From: Desulfobacterales bacterium
GTDB lineage: Bacteria; Desulfobacterota; Desulfobacteria; Desulfobacterales; UBA5852
Length of the DNA stretch: 64,000 nt
Direction of reading: 5' to 3'
Assembly: GCA_963674755.2 (NCBI GenBank)
Contig: CAXXVS010000002.1
Coordinates: forward strand, 2,240,001 to 2,304,000
A program made the position numbers and the translations under genes. Below, in pieces: positions 60,475 to 64,000 of the stretch. Position 1 is the stretch's first letter, and each line of letters begins with the position of its first letter. A model generated the notes under the pieces. That model was not told the origin of the DNA, ran no database searches, and worked only from the letters and a program-made list of their open reading frames with translations.

Positions 60475-61722
60475 CTATGATGATTTTTCGGCATATACCG
60501 GATAATCGCTGCAAAGCTGCCGCACTTCACTTCTGATCTGCAACCCGAGATCCTGGTCATCGGGAGAAGCCAATAGGCGGTCCATCCAATCCGCTATCCG
60601 AGCGATGACATCCGATCCCATTCCGCGCGTCGTCACGCCGGCGGTGCCGATACGAATCCCGCTGGCCGCCCCGGCCTTGCCGGTATCCCCTGGAACCACG
60701 TTGCGGTTGAGCACAAGGCCAGCGGCTTCGAGGCTTTGCTCCGCCTTTGCGCCGGACAGGCCCCGGTCCGTAAGATCCACCACCACTTGATGGTTGTCCG
60801 TCCCGCCGGTCACCAGCCGGTAATGGCAAGCCGCCAGATGGCCGGCCAATAATTGAGCGTTTTCAATCGTTTGCTGCTGAATGCGTCTAAAGGCCGGCGA
60901 CAGGGCGAGGTTGAAAATCAGAGCCTTGGCGGCAATCATGTTGACGGCACTGGTCCCCTGGGTGCCGGGGAACACCGCCCGGTCGATCTGGCGCGCATAG
61001 TCTTCCCGGGCCAGGACAACGCCTCCCCGCCCGCCCATCAGAGTCTTATAGCAGGTGAAAGTTACGAAATCGCAGTGGGGCACAGGGCTCGGGATGACGC
61101 CCGCCGCCACCAGGCCGGCCAGGTGGGCCATGTCGGCCAAAAAATAGGCGCCCACCGCCTGGGCGATGGCACTGATCCGTTCGTAATCGATCAGACGGGG
61201 ATAGGAGCTCGCTCCGGCCACAATCATTTTGGGACGGAAGGACCGCGCCATGGCATCCAGTTGATCGTAGTCGATGCGTTCGGTCCCGGGATCCAGGGTA
61301 TAATGGCGGAAATCGAAGCATTTGCTGGTAATGGAGGCCTTGTGTCCGTGGGAAAGATGCCCGCCGTGGGGAAGGCTCATGGCCAGAATGCGATCGCCCG
61401 GATTCAGTACGCTGAAATAGACGGCCAGGTTGGCGGATGTCCCGCTATGGGGCTGGACGTTGGCGTATTCGGCACCAAAGAGCGCTCGGGCACGCTGGAT
61501 CGCCAGCCGCTCGACATCGTCGACATGCGCGCAGCCGGCATGGAAACGGCGCCCCGGATAGCCTTCGATGGTCTTGGTGTTCAGCACCGATCCCATAATT
61601 TCCATCACCGCCCGGGGCGTGTGGTTCTCGGCGGCGATCAAATTGAGGGTGGTCTCGATTCGCGTTTCCTCATCGGACACAAGTCGGGCAAGTTCAGGAT
61701 CTGCCGTTCTCAGGTTCTCCAT
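60475..61722 (-). CDS. Serine hydroxymethyltransferase-family PLP enzyme with non-canonical active-site motifs
   Basis: LIAAEN, EGYPG, NVQPHSG, GGHLSHG, DMAH, GGTDNH, GIRIGT are present, but TIEGYPGRRFHAG, TFTCYKTL and QGTSAVN differ from GlyA. Confidence 0.88.
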   Translation of the reverse strand: MENLRTADPELARLVSDEETRIETTLNLIAAENHTPRAVMEIMGSVLNTKTIEGYPGRRFHAGCAHVDDVERLAIQRARALFGAEYANVQPHSGTSANLAVYFSVLNPGDRILAMSLPHGGHLSHGHKASITSKCFDFRHYTLDPGTERIDYDQLDAMARSFRPKMIVAGASSYPRLIDYERISAIAQAVGAYFLADMAHLAGLVAAGVIPSPVPHCDFVTFTCYKTLMGGRGGVVLAREDYARQIDRAVFPGTQGTSAVNMIAAKALIFNLALSPAFRRIQQQTIENAQLLAGHLAACHYRLVTGGTDNHQVVVDLTDRGLSGAKAEQSLEAAGLVLNRNVVPGDTGKAGAASGIRIGTAGVTTRGMGSDVIARIADWMDRLLASPDDQDLGLQIRSEVRQLCSDYPVYAEKSS

Positions 61723-61843
61723 GTTCGGATCTTTCCCTCCATCGGCATCAATAGATGCCACGCTGTTTTGACAAGCACCGTATTGGCAATGATCTTCGGG
61801 ACCGCGGCGGCGCGTCAAAGACAAGTTAAAGGTGAGGCAAATA

Positions 61844-61859
61844 AACAATAAGCGTGCCA
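61844..61859 (-). promoter_or_regulatory. Candidate sigma54 (-24/-12) promoter of the SHMT-like operon
   Basis: TGGCACG-CTTA-TTGTT versus consensus TGGCACG-N4-TTGCW (C to T at -12); a divergent enhancer-binding protein gene is adjacent. Confidence 0.6.
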
Positions 61860-62259
61860 TGTAGGTCGAAATCAAGTGTCCAACCGGACCAAGGACGGTG
61901 CTCATCGAAAATTAACAATTGTATTTCAGAAGGTTATCCTTAGTCGCCAACGTGGTTACGCCGACCGGCCTTTAGACCAAGTCACGCCTGCGGTTTTCTC
62001 AGTTTTAAAAAACCGTTTCGGCTTCATCGGGTGGTCTCCGATCCCAACCGCCCTTCAATTCTTGGTTTCTCATTTTCTATAAACCTGCCGCAGCCAAATT
62101 TCTCATTATCGATAATTAATGAATGGTTTTGACCGGTATTGACCCCGGTCGAAAGTTTTTATATGTAGCATTTTTCATTTTTTAGAAACAATGCGGTTGC
62201 CGCTCTAATCGGGATTGCGAACACGACCAGCAGACGGGATGGGGAGAGCCGGTTTCCTG

Positions 62260-64000
62260 ATGGAAGACCTCAAACAAATTCGGCATACGGTTCAGCATGT
62301 CGTTTCCGCCATCGCGGCGGCGCTCGGCGTCGATGTGGCCATTGTCGATCGCAACTTTGAAATCGTGGCCACCAGCCGGACCTTTCTGGAAACACGCGGA
62401 ACCGATATCAACCGGAATTTCATTCGCGGGGTCTATCGCAAAGGGGCTGAAGTTGTTACCAACCCCGGCTTTCACCGCTTGTGCGCCGGTTGCCGCTATG
62501 AAGGCAATTGTCCCGAAACCGCGGAGGTCATTCGAACGATTTTCTATAATGACCAATGGCTCGGGGTCATCCTGATGGTGGCTTACACCCAAACGCAGAA
62601 GGAAAAGATCCTGGGCAACACCAGCGAACTCCTATCGTTCCTGGGGGAAATGGCCAACCTGATCAGCGATGAGATACGCCTGCAGGAAAGCCTTAAAAAA
62701 GAGAAACTGACCAAACGGCAACTGGAAACCGCCATCGATTTCATCGACAGCGGCATCGTGGCCTTGAATCGCCACGGGGTCATTACGCAAATCAACCGCC
62801 ATGCCTGCAAACTCCTGCAAGTATTGCCCGAACACGCCGTCGGCCAGGATATCAGCGTGTTTTTGCCGGACGACATCCTCAAACCGGTCTTGCAGGACGG
62901 CGGAATGATTCCGCCCCAGGAACTCAAGGTCCAAACCCCGCAGAAACTGCACTGTTATCTATCCGTCAATCCCGTGAACCTGGACGGTCAGGTCCAGGGC
63001 GCGATCATCTGCATCAGCGACATGAGCGAGCTGCGTTCAACCGTATATGAATTTTCGGCCCGCAATATCGAAACCACCTTTGAAGACATCCACGGCATCA
63101 GCGATACCATCAGGCAGCTGAAAGTGGACGCCCAAAGGATCGCCGCCAACGATTCAACCATTCTGATCTTGGGGGAGAGCGGTACCGGCAAGGAATTGTT
63201 CGCCCGCGCCATTCACGCCAGCAGCAAACGCCGGGGGCAGCCGTTTATCGCCGTCAACTGCGGCGCCATTCCTGAAAACCTTTTGGAAAGCGAACTGTTC
63301 GGTTATGACGAGGGGGCCTTTTCCGGAGCGCGCAAAGGGGGCAAACCCGGCAAATTCGAGATGGCCGGAGACGGGACCCTGTTTTTGGACGAGATTGCCG
63401 AACTGCCCATTCACATGCAGGTCAAGCTGCTGCGTGTGCTCCAGGACGGCCGGATCGAACGCGTCGGCAGCATAACGTCCACCCCGGTCAACGTCCGCAT
63501 CATCGCCGCCACCAACCGGGATCTTGAAGCCCTGGTCAAAACCGGCAACTTTCGCAACGACCTCTTTTACCGGCTCAACGTCGTGCCGTTCGTTATTCCG
63601 CCGCTTCGAAGCCGAAGCGAAGACATCCCCGGCCTGGCGCGCTTCTTTAAAGACAAATACAATGAAAAAATGAACAAAGCACTGGTTGACTTCACCCCCC
63701 AAGCCATGGCTATCATGATCGCCTATCGCTGGCCCGGCAACGTGCGGGAAGTGCAAAACGCGGTGGAGTATGCCGTGAATTTCGAAGCCGGCAACCATAT
63801 TCGCCCCGAATCCCTGCCAAAGGGTATCGTGCAGAACAGTGTCGGCGGAGCCGGCGGCAAATTCCTGGCCAACAAGCTTCGCGTCTACGAGCAATCCCTG
63901 ATCGACGATGCCATCCTGCGCTTCGGCAATTCGGTGGAAGGCAAAAAACAGGCGGCTCGGGAGTTGGGCATCAGTCTGCCGACCCTCTATCGTAAAAGGA
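62260..64000 (+). CDS. Sigma54-dependent enhancer-binding regulator (YgeV/PrdR-like: sensor, PAS, AAA+, Fis HTH); stop just outside window (not in ORF track)
   Basis: Manual translation [12 protein letters not shown]..., [58 protein letters not shown]. Confidence 0.92.
   Translation, partial: MEDLKQIRHTVQHVVSAIAAALGVDVAIVDRNFEIVATSRTFLETRGTDINRNFIRGVYRKGAEVVTNPGFHRLCAGCRYEGNCPETAEVIRTIFYNDQWLGVILMVAYTQTQKEKILGNTSELLSFLGEMANLISDEIRLQESLKKEKLTKRQLETAIDFIDSGIVALNRHGVITQINRHACKLLQVLPEHAVGQDISVFLPDDILKPVLQDGGMIPPQELKVQTPQKLHCYLSVNPVNLDGQVQGAIICISDMSELRSTVYEFSARNIETTFEDIHGISDTIRQLKVDAQRIAANDSTILILGESGTGKELFARAIHASSKRRGQPFIAVNCGAIPENLLESELFGYDEGAFSGARKGGKPGKFEMAGDGTLFLDEIAELPIHMQVKLLRVLQDGRIERVGSITSTPVNVRIIAATNRDLEALVKTGNFRNDLFYRLNVVPFVIPPLRSRSEDIPGLARFFKDKYNEKMNKALVDFTPQAMAIMIAYRWPGNVREVQNAVEYAVNFEAGNHIRPESLPKGIVQNSVGGAGGKFLANKLRVYEQSLIDDAILRFGNSVEGKKQAARELGISLPTLYRKR

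Overview
GC-rich bacterial chromosomal window whose gene content points to an anaerobic deltaproteobacterium, probably Desulfobacterales-like (inference from ahbC/hemB/ahbD, a 2-hydroxyacyl-CoA dehydratase system, a minimal SufBC pair and a multiheme cytochrome). It mixes housekeeping genes (lepA, leuCD, hemB, ald) with many signalling genes. I found no rRNA, tRNA, CRISPR array or transposase. Highlights: (1) two genes that the ORF track splits at an in-frame TGA followed by a SECIS-like hairpin, namely an exported 11-heme cytochrome c (EGEG-U-GG) next to a periplasmic rhodanese, and a GUFWG MsrA; (2) a probably sigma54-controlled operon built on a non-canonical SHMT resembling alpha-methylserine hydroxymethyltransferase, with an M20 amidohydrolase, a DUF3100 pair and alanine dehydrogenase; (3) an AT-rich four-helix-bundle gene bracketed by mutually complementary 7-nt tandem arrays inside the dehydratase operon; (4) a REC + NrtA/CmpA-type binding domain + CheW fusion; (5) three families of covarying inverted-repeat elements; (6) several genes reduced to head-plus-tail remnants. 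Two long genes running off the window edges and a 57-aa ORF are missing from the supplied ORF track. All family calls come from manual motif recognition, not database searches.
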